From NCBI GenBank assembly GCA_963825865.1, contig CAWGVG010000027.1:32001-96000 (forward strand): a stretch of DNA of 64,000 bases, in the 5' to 3' direction. The stretch comes from an uncultured Nitrososphaeraceae archaeon. Lineage in GTDB: Archaea > Thermoproteota > Nitrososphaeria > Nitrososphaerales > Nitrososphaeraceae. Within the stretch, counting starts at the first letter, position 1; each line of letters begins with the position of its first letter. Under the pieces are notes generated by a model. It saw nothing but the letters and a program-made list of their open reading frames with translations. It was not told the origin of the DNA and did not search any database. The translations under genes were made by a program, and so were the position numbers. Below, one piece after another: positions 44,863 through 57,184 of the stretch.

Positions 44863-45925
44863 ATTTTAGTTTCATAGATTTCTCTGTTAAAGCAGAATGC
44901 CTTCTAATGTAAGGATTAAATGGCTTGGTAAGTAGGTTCTTTATCTTATCTTTGTCTTCATTCGGGACCGTTGGATCTTCCAAAAGCTTAAGGAAAAATT
45001 CTTCCTTATAATACTGATATACCTGGTATAAGCCATTAATCGTAAGTTGTCTTCTACCCATGTTTTGCCTGCCTAAACCTACAAAAAGAGGTGAATTTGG
45101 ATTATTTCTACTAGGATGATTTGATAGCCATTCTTTGATATATGGAATGGATTGAATTAAAGGTATATGCCTGCTACCTGTTTTTCCATTAACCAGAACT
45201 TCTGCGTATTGACTACCGTTAGCGTTTTTAAATACAACATCTTTTATCTTTAGGTTAAGTATTTCATGTGGACGTGCTGATAAGTCTCTGGCCATTGTAT
45301 GATAACATCTATCCCGTTTGTTTGTAACCCACTTCAGAAATAATGAATCGTCTTCCTGTGTCCATAAATCAGATGGCTTGTAGCAGCTTACCTCTTTTCT
45401 CTTTAGCTGAGGAATGTCCATAATGCATTCTGGTTTTCTCTCTTGTATAGATAATTCATTTCTTTTATCAGGATTGGCAACATCAGGATATTGTATCCAT
45501 CTGAAGAATCTAAATAATATGATACGTCTTGTATTATAACTTCCTATCCATTTATGCAATGGGTCATCATTCTCTAGTTTACGGCATTTATCTAAATATA
45601 GTAAAATATCATCTCTTGTCATAATTTTGAACTTCTTTGCAATTCCAAGAGTTTTGGATAATTCAGACAAAAACTGGATTGTAGTTCTTATGGTAGTGAG
45701 TCTAGGATTAATCTCTCTTTTCATTGCTATAATATAATCACAAACTGTCATAGCATTTTCTTTAGATAATCTATACCTATCCTTTAGGATTAATTCGCAA
45801 AACTTGTTAGTAGTAAAACCTTCAGTTGCTAAAGTAATCTTTCTATCCAATTCAATGGAAGTTTCTTCATTCTTGGAAGATGATGCTAATATTTCTACTA
45901 CTGCTTTGTTTGAACGTCTAGACAT
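44747..45925 (-). pseudogene. tyrosine recombinase/integrase, C-terminally truncated near 44846
   Basis: ARPHEILNLKIKD, GKTGSR, NPYIRRHSALTEK; the expected HxGW and catalytic Tyr segment is absent. Confidence 0.85.
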
Positions 45926-46528
45926 AATGACATATGATGTGTAAGGGATTTGTTAATTAATACTTTCTATGAGACAATATAATAGCAAAGAATATTCTAC
46001 TACATTGGACTTGATGCTCATACATACTGCTGCTATCTAGAAAAGGATGAAGAAATATCTTTAATGTTTCTTTACTTGTACCTCTATCATGAGTTCCATA
46101 ACCTTTGGCATGATAATGTGGGGCTATAGCATCTGCTTTTTCGTTTCTATTTCTTCTATCTTGTTATGAATATCAGTTCCTTTGCGTTCTAAGGAGCCTT
46201 TTTATAAATGCATTGTGTTAATTGATTTTTATGCTAGATTAATTAGTATATTGTTATACTTTAATATCCATTATATCTTTTATTTGTAACCCATTATTGC
46301 AGTTTCGACATCGACATGGTTTGAGCTTGATAATATCTATATTGTATAAATTTGTGCTTTGGTATGCATTAGACAATGGTACAGCAATGTATTGTTTCAA
46401 TTGTCTCACATACACTAGAAATATTCGGTTAAGAATCATAGGCTTGATGGTTCAAAATAAAATATCACGTAGCAGTGCATAAATAATGTATATATTTAAT
46501 AACAGTTTTGTATTACGGTAGGCAGTAA

Positions 46529-47803
46529 GTGCAGCAATTCAATCAAAGCGAACGTTTGAAATCATATAAAAAGGAAACAACTATGTCTATTATAATTCCC
46601 ACATACAACGAATCTGAAAATATATCGAAACTGATAGAAGCAATAAAGGATAATCTACCATATGATATCTTTACTGAAATAATAGTAGTGGATGACAATT
46701 CTCCTGATGGAACTGGCAGAATAGTTGAGAATTATGTACAGGATGTGGTTAGCATAAAAAATAGATCAATTCGCCGCCACTACTCAGAAAATAATCTCAA
46801 AAGTGATGATAATATTGGAAACTGTTTGATTAAAGTTATTCATAGACCAAATAAGAGAGGCCTCATCTCTGCTATTTTACAAGGAATCGAATCTTCCACA
46901 GGTCAGAATATATTGATTATGGATGCAGACTTTTCTCATCCGCCAGAAACCATACCGCGGTTAATAGATGAATTATTGCAGGATCCCAATTGTATAGTTA
47001 TCGCTTCGCGTTATATTAGTGGTGGATCAATAATGGGTTGGCCATATAAACGACGAATACTTAGCAGTGGTGCAGCCAAGATTGCAAGACATAGTTTGAA
47101 GGTGTGCAATGTTAAGGATCCGATGTCCGGCTTCTTTGCACTTCCACGTCATGTGATTAAAAATATCCATTTCAACACTAGGGGGTATAAACTACTGCTA
47201 GAATTACTAGTTAAGGTAAATGAAAGTATAAGGGTAAAAGAAATTCCATATACCTTTACTGATAGAAAATCTGGAGAGAGTAAGCTCGATTTCAATGTAG
47301 TATTTGATTATGCTAAGTCGGTCTGGTATCTTTACAGATATGGACGAAAATCAAACAAAGGAATCATACAAAACAAAGAAGCGAAGCGTAACTCCGTGCT
47401 GTTCATATCTAAAGCAGGTAGATTTTTCACAGTGGGGGCAAGCGGCTTGCTATTAAATTATTTAGTATCATTCCTGCTATCAAATGGGATATTAGCAAGC
47501 CTTTGGTATCTGGAAGCTACTATGATTGGAATACTTTGTTCAATAACTTCAAACTTTTTCCTAAATAAAGCATGGACTTTTGAAGATAGAAAGTTCTCCG
47601 CTAACCATACATTAAAACAGTTTGGACTATTTGTTGGCATGAGTTCGATTGGTGCAGTATTACAATTAGCAATAGTGTATTTATTAGTACGCTCAGGAGG
47701 CATAACATATGAGTTTTCATTAATTCTAGCGGTTGCTATTGCATCTGTAAGCAACTTTTTGCTTAATAAAAAATGGACATTTCGAGAGAAAATATGGGGT
47801 TAA
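46529..47803 (+). CDS. GT2 dolichol-phosphate mannosyltransferase-like protein fused to a GtrA domain
   Basis: IIPTYNE, VDDNSPDGT, MDADFSHPP, DPMSGFF; C-terminal NFFLNKAWTF / NFLLNKKWTF. Confidence 0.9.
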   Translation: MQQFNQSERLKSYKKETTMSIIIPTYNESENISKLIEAIKDNLPYDIFTEIIVVDDNSPDGTGRIVENYVQDVVSIKNRSIRRHYSENNLKSDDNIGNCLIKVIHRPNKRGLISAILQGIESSTGQNILIMDADFSHPPETIPRLIDELLQDPNCIVIASRYISGGSIMGWPYKRRILSSGAAKIARHSLKVCNVKDPMSGFFALPRHVIKNIHFNTRGYKLLLELLVKVNESIRVKEIPYTFTDRKSGESKLDFNVVFDYAKSVWYLYRYGRKSNKGIIQNKEAKRNSVLFISKAGRFFTVGASGLLLNYLVSFLLSNGILASLWYLEATMIGILCSITSNFFLNKAWTFEDRKFSANHTLKQFGLFVGMSSIGAVLQLAIVYLLVRSGGITYEFSLILAVAIASVSNFLLNKKWTFREKIWG

Positions 47804-48561
47804 ATCTTGGAGTCGTATTGTTGCACTAACAAAATAAACTAAGGAAAACTTAAGTTGGTAAAACTGATTTTGTAACTTGGAGGATCAGATAATAATCCAA
47901 TAGAAGCTATCAACATAAACATATGGTCTTCATAAATATGAAGAGTATTCAAAGAAATGAGGCCAGAAGAGTAATATTTTTGTTTTATCTATATCGTACA
48001 TAATGATTATCTGCTCTAAAAAGAATCTAATACAGTTTCTCCAAATGCATTATATGAGGCTTCTTTTTACTGCAGAAAAGCGTTATACAAGTCATACTAT
48101 TCTAAGACTGGATTAAATTCCATTGGTTGAAATACTTTTGTATTTAAAGGTCAAATAAAAGCCCAAAGAAAGTTTGCATATAAAACATTTTCTTTGAAAT
48201 ATGGAGAAAGGAAAAAGCTCTATTATCTACCGAGGTTGAAACAGGATCAGGGGCATTGTTTTTGTAGAAGATATTTGTAGAAACAAATATCCTGGCTATG
48301 AACTCGATAGGGGATTTACATTATTGGTACAGGAAGCCGTATCATTTAACAAAAATGTTGGAACCAATAATAAATATATAAAAACTGATATAGGCCTCAC
48401 TTATCTTGAGAGCCATATCGAAAACGTTTCTTAATTGAATCTATCACTTAATGAGGAACAGTTACTGTTTATTTTGAATTTATACCATCATTTTCGATAT
48501 TATATATAGAAGTTGATTAGTAGATCAGCTTTTTATATTTCAATAGTGGTTTCCAGTTAAA

Positions 48562-48771
48562 ATGGGTAGAGTAGATAAAGGTGTAAATTGTAGTGTTCAA
48601 GGCTGTGAAAAGACGGCAGAACGATCAATGAGTGGAAGTAAAGTAAGTATGGCAACGGATTTGGTCATTGATTCTTCCAATAGAAGAGTATATTTATGTA
48701 GAGAACACTACAAAGAATGGAAAAAAGCTACCAAAGAAGATCGCGAAAACGAGCGAGCTCGCTGGAGTTGA
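48562..48771 (+). CDS. small conserved archaeal Zn-binding protein
   Basis: CSVQGC...YLCREHYKEWKK. Confidence 0.75.
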   Translation: MGRVDKGVNCSVQGCEKTAERSMSGSKVSMATDLVIDSSNRRVYLCREHYKEWKKATKEDRENERARWS

Positions 48772-49213
48772 TATAATAATTTTTTTCTACCTACATATCC
48801 GGATAATACACAGATATATTTAGTAGGAGATGGAAAGACGTCGTTTTATAGCATGATATTGTTACGTAGAAAGTTAGATCGCTTGGCCTAGAATCTAGGA
48901 ATTTTTATAACATTCAGCGCTAACTAGAGCAAGCAACAGCGTGATTCACGACTGCTATAAAAGCTCTTTCTAGGCTGTCTTTTTTTGCGGCCATAGTTTT
49001 GTAATGATGAGTAGACCATTACTCTTTCTCGAGACGTTGAACAACATATTGGGTTGCACATGTCAGTAAGACCTGGTGATTTTTATTATTATTATGTAAA
49101 CTTTTTTTTACATGAAATGAGAGAATGTATTTCCACATCCTCATAAGAACGATTGGCAAATTCAGAAACCTTTAATTCGGCTTGGCAGATACATCTGTGT
49201 CCAGTAAATAAAT

Positions 49214-51103
49214 ATGCGTCTTCTCCAATTACATTCAGATTTTATAGAGTATGAACCTATATCTAAGGAGATTAACTATGCAGAGGAAAATGTATCTAAA
49301 TCCAAAGTTCGATTGGAAGACCTTGTTGTTACACTTATTGCAGTAGAAGATGATGATGACGAAAGTATTGCAAAGATTGCAGCTGACGAAATTAAAAAAT
49401 ATCTTGATATTGTAAAAAGCAAGAGATTACTGATTTATCCATATGCACACCTCAGCTCCAATCTTGCTTCTCCGATGACTGCCGCTGAAATTATAAAGTC
49501 AGTCGAGAGAATTGCAAAAGAGTCATTGAGTGACGTTCATAGAGCACCTTTTGGATGGACCAAGGCTTTTGATATTAAGGTTAAAGGACACCCGTTGGCA
49601 GAAAATGCCAAAGTATTAACAAAGCAATATTCTTCTTCTTCTACTACTACCAAATCCGAAGAGGGAGTGTCCTTAGCTCTAAAGGCGGAAGAAAAATTAC
49701 AATCATTCTGGTATATTTTGCAGCCGGGAGGAAAACTGACTCCTATAAATGAATATAAATTCAAAAATCACGAAGAGAATTTACATACTCTAGCAAATTA
49801 TGAAATTACAAAGAAGAGGGTAGTGGATGAAGAGCCACCACATGTTAGATTAATGAAAAAGATGGCGATAGCAGATTATGAACCTGCATCTGATGTTGGA
49901 AACATGCGCTTCTATCCAAAAGGTAGATTGATGAAATCACTTATTGAACAATATGTTACTAAACGGGTGATGGAATACGGTGGTATCGAGGTTGAGACAC
50001 CAATAATGTATGATTCTAAACATCCATCTATGGAAAGTTACTTTAACCGATTTCCAGCCCGACAATATAATATACTTTCAGATAGCAAACAACTTTTTTT
50101 GAGATTTGCCGCTTGTTTTGGACAGTTTTTAATGGCCAAAGACTTTCAGATATCATATAAACATTTACCTTTAAAGTTGTACGAGCTTACTCGCTATAGT
50201 TTTAGAAGGGAGAAAAGTGGAGAACTAGTTGGTCTGCGACGCCTTAGAGCATTTAGTATGCCTGATTGCCATGCTATGTGTAGAGACCTGGACCAGGCAA
50301 AGGATGAATTTCTTAAGAGATTTGATTTATCTTTTAGTGTAATTAATGAACTTGGATTATCTACTAAAGCAGATATTGAGATGGCGATAAGGTTTACTGA
50401 GGACTTTTACAATGAGAATAAGGACTTTGTAAATGAACTCGTTAGCAGATTTGGAAGAACTGTGATAGTCGAAATGTGGAAGGAGCGTTTCTTTTACTTT
50501 ACGGTCAAGTGGGAGTTCAATTTCGTTGATAATTTGAATAAGGCCTCGGCACTTTCCACCGACCAAATAGATGTTGAAAACGGTAAACGTTATAATATTG
50601 AATTTGTTGATGAAGATGGCAATAAAAAGAATCCTATCATATTACACAACTCACCTAGCGGTGCAATAGAACGTGTAATATATGCACTACTGGAAAAATG
50701 TGCTAAAACCTCGAAATCTGGTGGAATACCCTCGTTCCCTCTATGGCTTGTGCATACTCAGGTCCGGCTAATTTCTGTTGGCAAGCAACATATAGACATT
50801 TGCGAAAAAATAGCGACAGATCTTTCAAGTAATCAGATTAGGACAGACATAGATGATAGAGATGAATCTGTTGCAAAAAAAATCAGAGATTCAGAGACCG
50901 AGTGGATTCGTTATACCATTGTAATCGGTGACAAGGAAATACATAGTGAAAAATTTGTAATTCGTGATAGAAATGAAGGCAAGCAACGTGAAATTAAATT
51001 GCAAGAACTTGTTAATGAGATAAATACCCAGACAAAAGGCAAACCGTATCTGCCATTAAACCTTCCAAGATGTCTCTCAAACAGGCCACAAATTATGGTC
51101 TAG
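49214..51103 (+). CDS. thrS: threonyl-tRNA synthetase (archaeal type with N-terminal editing domain)
   Basis: IYPYAHLS, RAPFGW, LRFAACFG, SFRREKSGELVGLRRLRAF, SPSGAIER. Confidence 0.96.
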   Translation: MRLLQLHSDFIEYEPISKEINYAEENVSKSKVRLEDLVVTLIAVEDDDDESIAKIAADEIKKYLDIVKSKRLLIYPYAHLSSNLASPMTAAEIIKSVERIAKESLSDVHRAPFGWTKAFDIKVKGHPLAENAKVLTKQYSSSSTTTKSEEGVSLALKAEEKLQSFWYILQPGGKLTPINEYKFKNHEENLHTLANYEITKKRVVDEEPPHVRLMKKMAIADYEPASDVGNMRFYPKGRLMKSLIEQYVTKRVMEYGGIEVETPIMYDSKHPSMESYFNRFPARQYNILSDSKQLFLRFAACFGQFLMAKDFQISYKHLPLKLYELTRYSFRREKSGELVGLRRLRAFSMPDCHAMCRDLDQAKDEFLKRFDLSFSVINELGLSTKADIEMAIRFTEDFYNENKDFVNELVSRFGRTVIVEMWKERFFYFTVKWEFNFVDNLNKASALSTDQIDVENGKRYNIEFVDEDGNKKNPIILHNSPSGAIERVIYALLEKCAKTSKSGGIPSFPLWLVHTQVRLISVGKQHIDICEKIATDLSSNQIRTDIDDRDESVAKKIRDSETEWIRYTIVIGDKEIHSEKFVIRDRNEGKQREIKLQELVNEINTQTKGKPYLPLNLPRCLSNRPQIMV

Positions 51104-51720
51104 ACCTACTAATCTTTTTGGTTTACGGAGTTTTTTCTTAGCTTGTTTGACATTATTGGAAAGCGAATAAAGAGTAATGAATGATTATGGAATATCCATG
51201 ATTACAGACAGGTACATTATCGCCAGCACTATGGAAAAGATAAAAGAGATAATGCAGCTATCATAGAAGTTTGATATATATTTACAGAACAACAAATGCA
51301 AATATTATTTAATCAGCATTGTGAAAACTAGTAAAGGTGTCAATTGTTTTATTATTATTATTAATTCTTTAATGATACCAGTATGTGCATCCTTAGAATT
51401 ATAGTAAAAAATTTCCTGTTATTACCTATACTAGCGTGATACTAAATTAATACATATTGTTATCCTTATCTATCGTGTTCTAATAAGGAGCGATTGCTAG
51501 ACACAATCTATTGTGTATCTATAATGTTTGTGAACTAACTAAAACGATAATAACGATTCTTCATTAATATTGGATTCAAACTATGCCGATGAATACTACG
51601 CATATGTTTGACTTGGTGTAACTAATTGTAAAAGGGAAGACGCTGTTAAAATAAACATCAATTGGTAATATGATGTTTCGTTACCTGCAGTATCATGCTG
51701 TTAGTAATTGTTAATATGTT

Positions 51721-52701
51721 TTATATGTAATCACGGGATAGTATTCTGAACAAAGTTTGCGTTGCGAGAGTGCCTTCTCTATAGTCATCATTTCTTAGAG
51801 CTACCTCTACAATATCCAATCCTATCAGTTTTGCAGACGTGTCTATACTTTTAAGGATCTGTAAAACTTCAAAAGGATTCAATCCAAATGGTTCTGGAGT
51901 TCCTGTGCATGGCACGTAAGGCAAATCATATACATCTATGTCAAATGATATGTAGATCTTTTTATTTGACGTTGCTTTTCTTAGATATTTTAATAGATTA
52001 TCAATGCTATTATGTATATTCCAAGCGTTAAACGTTACAACCCCATTCCTTTCTGCAACCATGTTTTCTTCCTTATCACTCTGCCGTATCCCAATTTGGA
52101 TTATGTTCTTGCCTGGGATATGACCTTCGTTTATTATATGATAAAATGGAGTCGTATGACACATCTTCATACCGTTATACTGAGATTTCATATCTCTGTG
52201 GGCATCGAAATGAATTATAATTGGTTTTTCTTTGGCTAGCGCTTTCATGGCATAATAGGACAAAGTATGTTCTCCTCCCATCATTACTGGCAGTTTGTTG
52301 GCTTCATATAATGTGGAAGTTATTTTAGGAATCATCTTGTCAAGAAAGGACAATATAAAAGTAGTAGTAGCAGCTGTATTGCTTCTCTGCTCTTTTTCTT
52401 GTTCTATTGGTGTAGGAATTTTTAAATCTCCAAGGTCGTACAATTTGGCTCTTTCATAGATGTCTATTTTTTCATCTAAAACAAAAGTTTCAACCTGGCA
52501 TGCCGAAGTTAATCTAATCGCTTCCGGTCCTCTTACGGTTCCTTTTCCAAAACTTGTCGTAATATCTACTGGAATACCATAAATTACGACATTTGATTCG
52601 TAAAATGAAACTTTGACAGGGATGTCTGCAAAACTATATCCTGCCTTTGTTTTTTCAGGAACAGTGAACAGAGGTTCAAGAAAGTCAAGATCGGTTTTCA
52701 A
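51721..52701 (-). CDS. speB: agmatinase/ureohydrolase
   Basis: GGEHT, DAHRD, SFDIDV, TGTPEPFG. Confidence 0.85.
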   Translation of the reverse strand: MKTDLDFLEPLFTVPEKTKAGYSFADIPVKVSFYESNVVIYGIPVDITTSFGKGTVRGPEAIRLTSACQVETFVLDEKIDIYERAKLYDLGDLKIPTPIEQEKEQRSNTAATTTFILSFLDKMIPKITSTLYEANKLPVMMGGEHTLSYYAMKALAKEKPIIIHFDAHRDMKSQYNGMKMCHTTPFYHIINEGHIPGKNIIQIGIRQSDKEENMVAERNGVVTFNAWNIHNSIDNLLKYLRKATSNKKIYISFDIDVYDLPYVPCTGTPEPFGLNPFEVLQILKSIDTSAKLIGLDIVEVALRNDDYREGTLATQTLFRILSRDYI

Positions 52702-52880
52702 TAACGATGAAAGGATAAAGCGTGATACAGATTAAATGCTTTTGATTTAACAAAACTTGCTCATTTGCCATCATCTGGCTGGCTGGCTAACTAGGAAATG
52801 ACTTTATGAAAAATTTCTTTATCAATAACCTGTTAGTTGCAAAAAAAACTTCCAAGAACAACAACAACAACAACATACCA

Positions 52881-55597
52881 TCACCTGCTCCAAAATAATT
52901 CGTCCAAATTTGACTGGCGTGGCTTGCCTAGGATGGATTTAAAATTATAGTTAAGAGATGATAGAAGCTGATCGAAAGTTGCTTCCATAGCCTCAAGATA
53001 TTTTTCTGTATCTATCTCTTCTGCCTTTGCCAGATCTACAGGTTTGACACCATCTCCTGTCTTTGTTTTTACATATGAAATAATATCTCCAGTCTTGATT
53101 TCCTTTCCTATGTCCACCAGTAATTTTGCTGCTTTGATATGCTGAGGTAATCCTTTGTAGCTTTCAACTTCTTTATCTTTGCCATCCAGTGAAGTTGCTT
53201 TGGTACCATTTGTCCTCTTGCCATATTTATCCTGGGGACTTATTTATCATTACGTTAAAGCTGAGGTCTGCTGGTGGTATTCTGCGCAATTCTAAATTCC
53301 TGGCGTTTTCTTGTATAATATTTTTGATCTTTTCTTTGGCAAACTCAAAATCCTTTTCTGAATTCACTTTACTCAAAATATCCAAAATATTGTAGAATGC
53401 ACTCCGTATAAACGGAGGAGTATGTGATTTCTTTCCAGTCAAACCTTTGACATCTACTGTGCCATCATCTAGAACGCCTAGATAATTTTTCTTTAAATCA
53501 CTGAACACCACATAACGATATTGCTTATCTATTTCAAGGTCCACGCCAAGGTTACTTCTTGCCCAACTAGATATTATATCAAGTCTTGCCTCAGAAGGGT
53601 TTTTTAAAAAAAGGGAGTCAGTATCTCCATATATCACATCCATGCCTATTTCTTTACATTTCTCAATTGTCTTTGTTATTGTGGTTCTTCCAATTGCGGC
53701 AGTTGCATCGGCTACTGGCAGGCAATAGAGTGGGAATATCTCTGCTCCCATTACTCCATAACTAGCATTAAGAATTACCTTGATTGCTTGGCTAACTACA
53801 TTATATAGCTGCCGTTCTTCAGAAGTGATTGTTTTGTCTTTGGCTAAGTGTTTGTAGTAATTGACCCTTAAATCGCGCAGCGATCCGATCAAAAGAGAAG
53901 TTAATCCTCTCTTTTCTTTGCATATCCAATGTGTAGTTCCCGGTATCTGCTGGTTGAGATCATTTTTGCAAGATTGATGTGGGCAGTTAACAGTCTCATA
54001 GGAAAGATTATGTACTTTGATAATACTCGGATATAGACTTGCAAAGTCTACCACAACGACATTAAAATGGATACCAAGCGTAGGCTCGACTACTAATCCA
54101 CCTCGATACTTCTTTTCTTTTATTATTGCAGTAGTTGAAGCAGTTCCCTTTGCTTGCAGTTCATCGCGTCTTGGAATCAGCAGGTTTCGTTGGCGATGTT
54201 CATAATATAACATTCCCCTGATCCACTGGTTAACACCAAAGCGTGCAATATCGTCTATAGATAACCTTCCGATTCTTGCAATAACCACGAAAAGTTTCAT
54301 CAACAAATTATCATTGAAACTGGTTAATCTGAAAGTAAGTTCAGCATCTTTAAGGCAATATTGTGCTAGTTTTTGGATTGGCAGCTCGCTGATATCGCCT
54401 TCAAATTCAATTTTGCTATCATTTAGTAGAGCTTCGCAAATAGCCTTAAGTGTATATTCTGAGTATTTGTGACTAAAAGCATAGATTTGTACGGATCTGT
54501 TTTGGAAGGTTCTAAACAAATCAATATGCAGTCCATGTTTTGTTTGAACAGGCTCTGCTTGAGTGCCTCGTTTTATAAAAGTCTCTCTTTTTATTTTGAT
54601 TGGAATTTCATCTTTTGAAATGATCATTTTGCTTATTGGATCAATGCTTGGATCCTGCGATCTCGCATAAAGATATGGAAGATCAAAATCATCACCGTTA
54701 TAGGTAACGATAACTGGATATGAATCTTATAATTTTAAATGCTTTTTGTAAGCAATTCTTTTTCAGTATTGCAAATTTCTGCTTCAACGATTAAAGGAGT
54801 GCCATTATCATGGAATTTGTTTTCTTGTTCTAATACTAGCACTTTTTTGAATCCATCATTTGCGACAAATCCAACCGCAATAACACGCCTATCATGGTCG
54901 TGTGGAGTAGGCATTCTACCTTCTTCAGATTCAACTTCGATATCGACAGAAACCCTCTTCAGATCAGGAATAGGCTGATTGAGAAGCGTTGCCCATCTTG
55001 TAATATATTGTTGGTATTCTTCATTCTTTTCCTTTCCCACCGCCTCTTCGTTTATTTTATTCCATAACAGGTTCTTTAATTCCTGTTGAACTTTATCAGA
55101 GATTTGGTATTCGAAATTGTATAATTTCTTCTCTTTTTCTAATATAATATGCTCCTGGAATTAATCCAGTATCGTAAAGATAATTTTCATGGTATTTTAT
55201 ATCTGCTTCCCATGAAGTGACTTTTTCTCTGATGCTGTTTTCTGTCCCACCAATTGATAGTGGATCAGGAGCAATTATCTTTAGAAGTTCGATCTTTCTT
55301 ATCAGAGATCAGATCTTGTTTGTTAGTACGTTCTATTGTATACTTTTTTTCTTTCTCAATAATCTTTTCAACTGTACTGCTATACTGCATCTTTGTATAG
55401 CAGTAGGGCTTGTGATTCGTTCTGTCACGCCAGAAGTATATAGTGTTATCTTTCAAATCATAGAATTTCAGGTAAACCTTTTGCTCGTCTCCTGAATAGA
55501 TGGCCGACAGTAACAGAGCAGGTCTGTTTTCTGGCAGTTCTTGCAATTCATCAAACATTTTTCTTTTTTCTGACAGAAACTGTTCCTGCTGAGCCAA
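52881..55597 (-). CDS. polB: family B DNA polymerase (B1), several frameshifts
   Basis: DIEV exonuclease motif, YNGDDFD, DFASLYPSII, KVILNASYG, YGDTDS, KKNY across four ORFs. Confidence 0.93.
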
Positions 55598-56206
55598 TGT
55601 GTTATTTAATGTCGCTTATGAATCATATTAAAAGTTTCATATCAAAATTACATCTTGTTCTAGTATTATAATATTATGTACGAGTGCAGGTAGAATTGTT
55701 TGTTATATGAGTTAAAATCTGAAATAAATTTTTTCGTACGCTTACAAAAAATGATAAACGGTTTACTAGCATTACCAATTATTACTTCTTCTATTTTTTT
55801 GTTTATTCGTCTTTAATTACCTTCCTCTTATGGATGCTTAATTATTCATTTTTGATTTATTTTCATCTATATTAGGCAAAAAAGTTGTTGTTGTTCATAT
55901 CATGCTGATGCTTCAAATACTATCCTGGCCTTGCCTATCAAACGTACCTTTACTGAGAGATTCGTAAAGAAAGATTGCACGCTTGACTATATATTATTTA
56001 ATATCCCCTGATGAGTGCGATAATAATAATAAAAAAATGGAGAAAAACTTGACACTTGCATTTTATATTTTTAGATTATATGTCAGCATTTTTGGAGACA
56101 CTCTATAGAATTGATGATGTTGATCTAGATTAATTATCAACTTTGATAAATTGCTGCGACTCTTTTTGATAAATATGTAGATGAGTTAGCCAGATGTATA
56201 TATCAA

Positions 56207-56533
56207 ATGCCATTGCAAGATTTTTTACTTCCTTTGGAAAATGTAAAGTTTCAAAGCAAAACTCTTGTTGACTATGCAAATAAAAAATACAAAGTTGTTT
56301 TTACAGATAAGAGGTTCATTTTATACGCACAGAGAGGACACTTTATAAAATCAGATGATCTAGTCAGTGAGCGTCTGGATAGACTTAACGGGCTCGAATA
56401 TTCGGAAAAGGGATTAATGTTTCGATCGGCTAGGATTTCTATACGAGGTACTACAAAGCTAGACATTCGTGGTCCAATTTCAGAATTAAAGCCATTATTT
56501 CATGCTATGGAGTCTATTATTAAAAGTGCATGA
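56207..56533 (+). CDS. bacterial-PH-like domain protein
   Basis: VVFTDKRFILY...EYSEKGLMF pattern. Confidence 0.6.
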   Translation: MPLQDFLLPLENVKFQSKTLVDYANKKYKVVFTDKRFILYAQRGHFIKSDDLVSERLDRLNGLEYSEKGLMFRSARISIRGTTKLDIRGPISELKPLFHAMESIIKSA

Positions 56534-57184
56534 TCATAATACACAGGCGTAATTAAATAATTATCTTGCTGCTCAAAGGTTCAATCTTCCTCTGTTATCC
56601 TCTTTAAAATGCAAATTTATCAGATTAATTCTACCAAGTTTCTCTTATCGGTATCTGGAACCTATTGGATTCCTGCCTTTCTTATGATTACATCAACAAT
56701 ACTGCCATAGTTTCCAGATGGGGCCACAACCACCTTATTTCCATATGCCAACGAGTTACGTACAATGGCATTTGTAGATGCGCCGTGCTCCATTCTCAAT
56801 TTACTATAATATAGCATGCTTCCCTTACGCAAGATGTAGAGTAGTTTCAATAATTATAGATTGCATAACAGTATATATAGTCAGCATTAGTATCTCTAAA
56901 AAGTTACATGTTTACAGCCAAGAGATGTCAATTCAATTCCTAATGTTTGTCGTCATCTATTCATAAAAAATCAGAATTATTACATCAAGTATTATTATCC
57001 AATAATTTGCAATTTTGTTATATGATAAATAGAAAGCTCTAAAATCAGCTCTTTTGCAAGAGATGCTGGACCTATTTTTTGTTGCATAAACGGTTAGATC
57101 TCTCTCAAATTATATTATAATATTGATATTATTTGCAGTAGGCTTATTATACGTTATAAGACGATAAATCATTGTCTCATTTAA

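Larger units (their letters stand above)
29389..45925. mobile_element. integrated plasmid/virus-like element (cryptic, boundaries approximate, att sites not found)
   Basis: Tyrosine integrase, Zn-finger genes, P-loop replication protein, SSB-like, ParB-like remnant and many orphan genes, almost all on the minus strand, between housekeeping regions. Confidence 0.75.

Noticed and set aside
28100-46500. tRNA gene or att direct repeats bounding the integrated element
   Set aside because: No tRNA-like T-loop/cloverleaf or convincing direct-repeat pair found by eye; boundaries left approximate.
48545-48568. ORB-like string ttccagttaaaatggg
   Set aside because: Single copy overlapping a start codon and far from cdc6; likely chance.
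56580-56960. Possible class V aminotransferase remnant (NSLAYGNKVVVAPSGNYG)
   Set aside because: Too short and degenerate to support a call.
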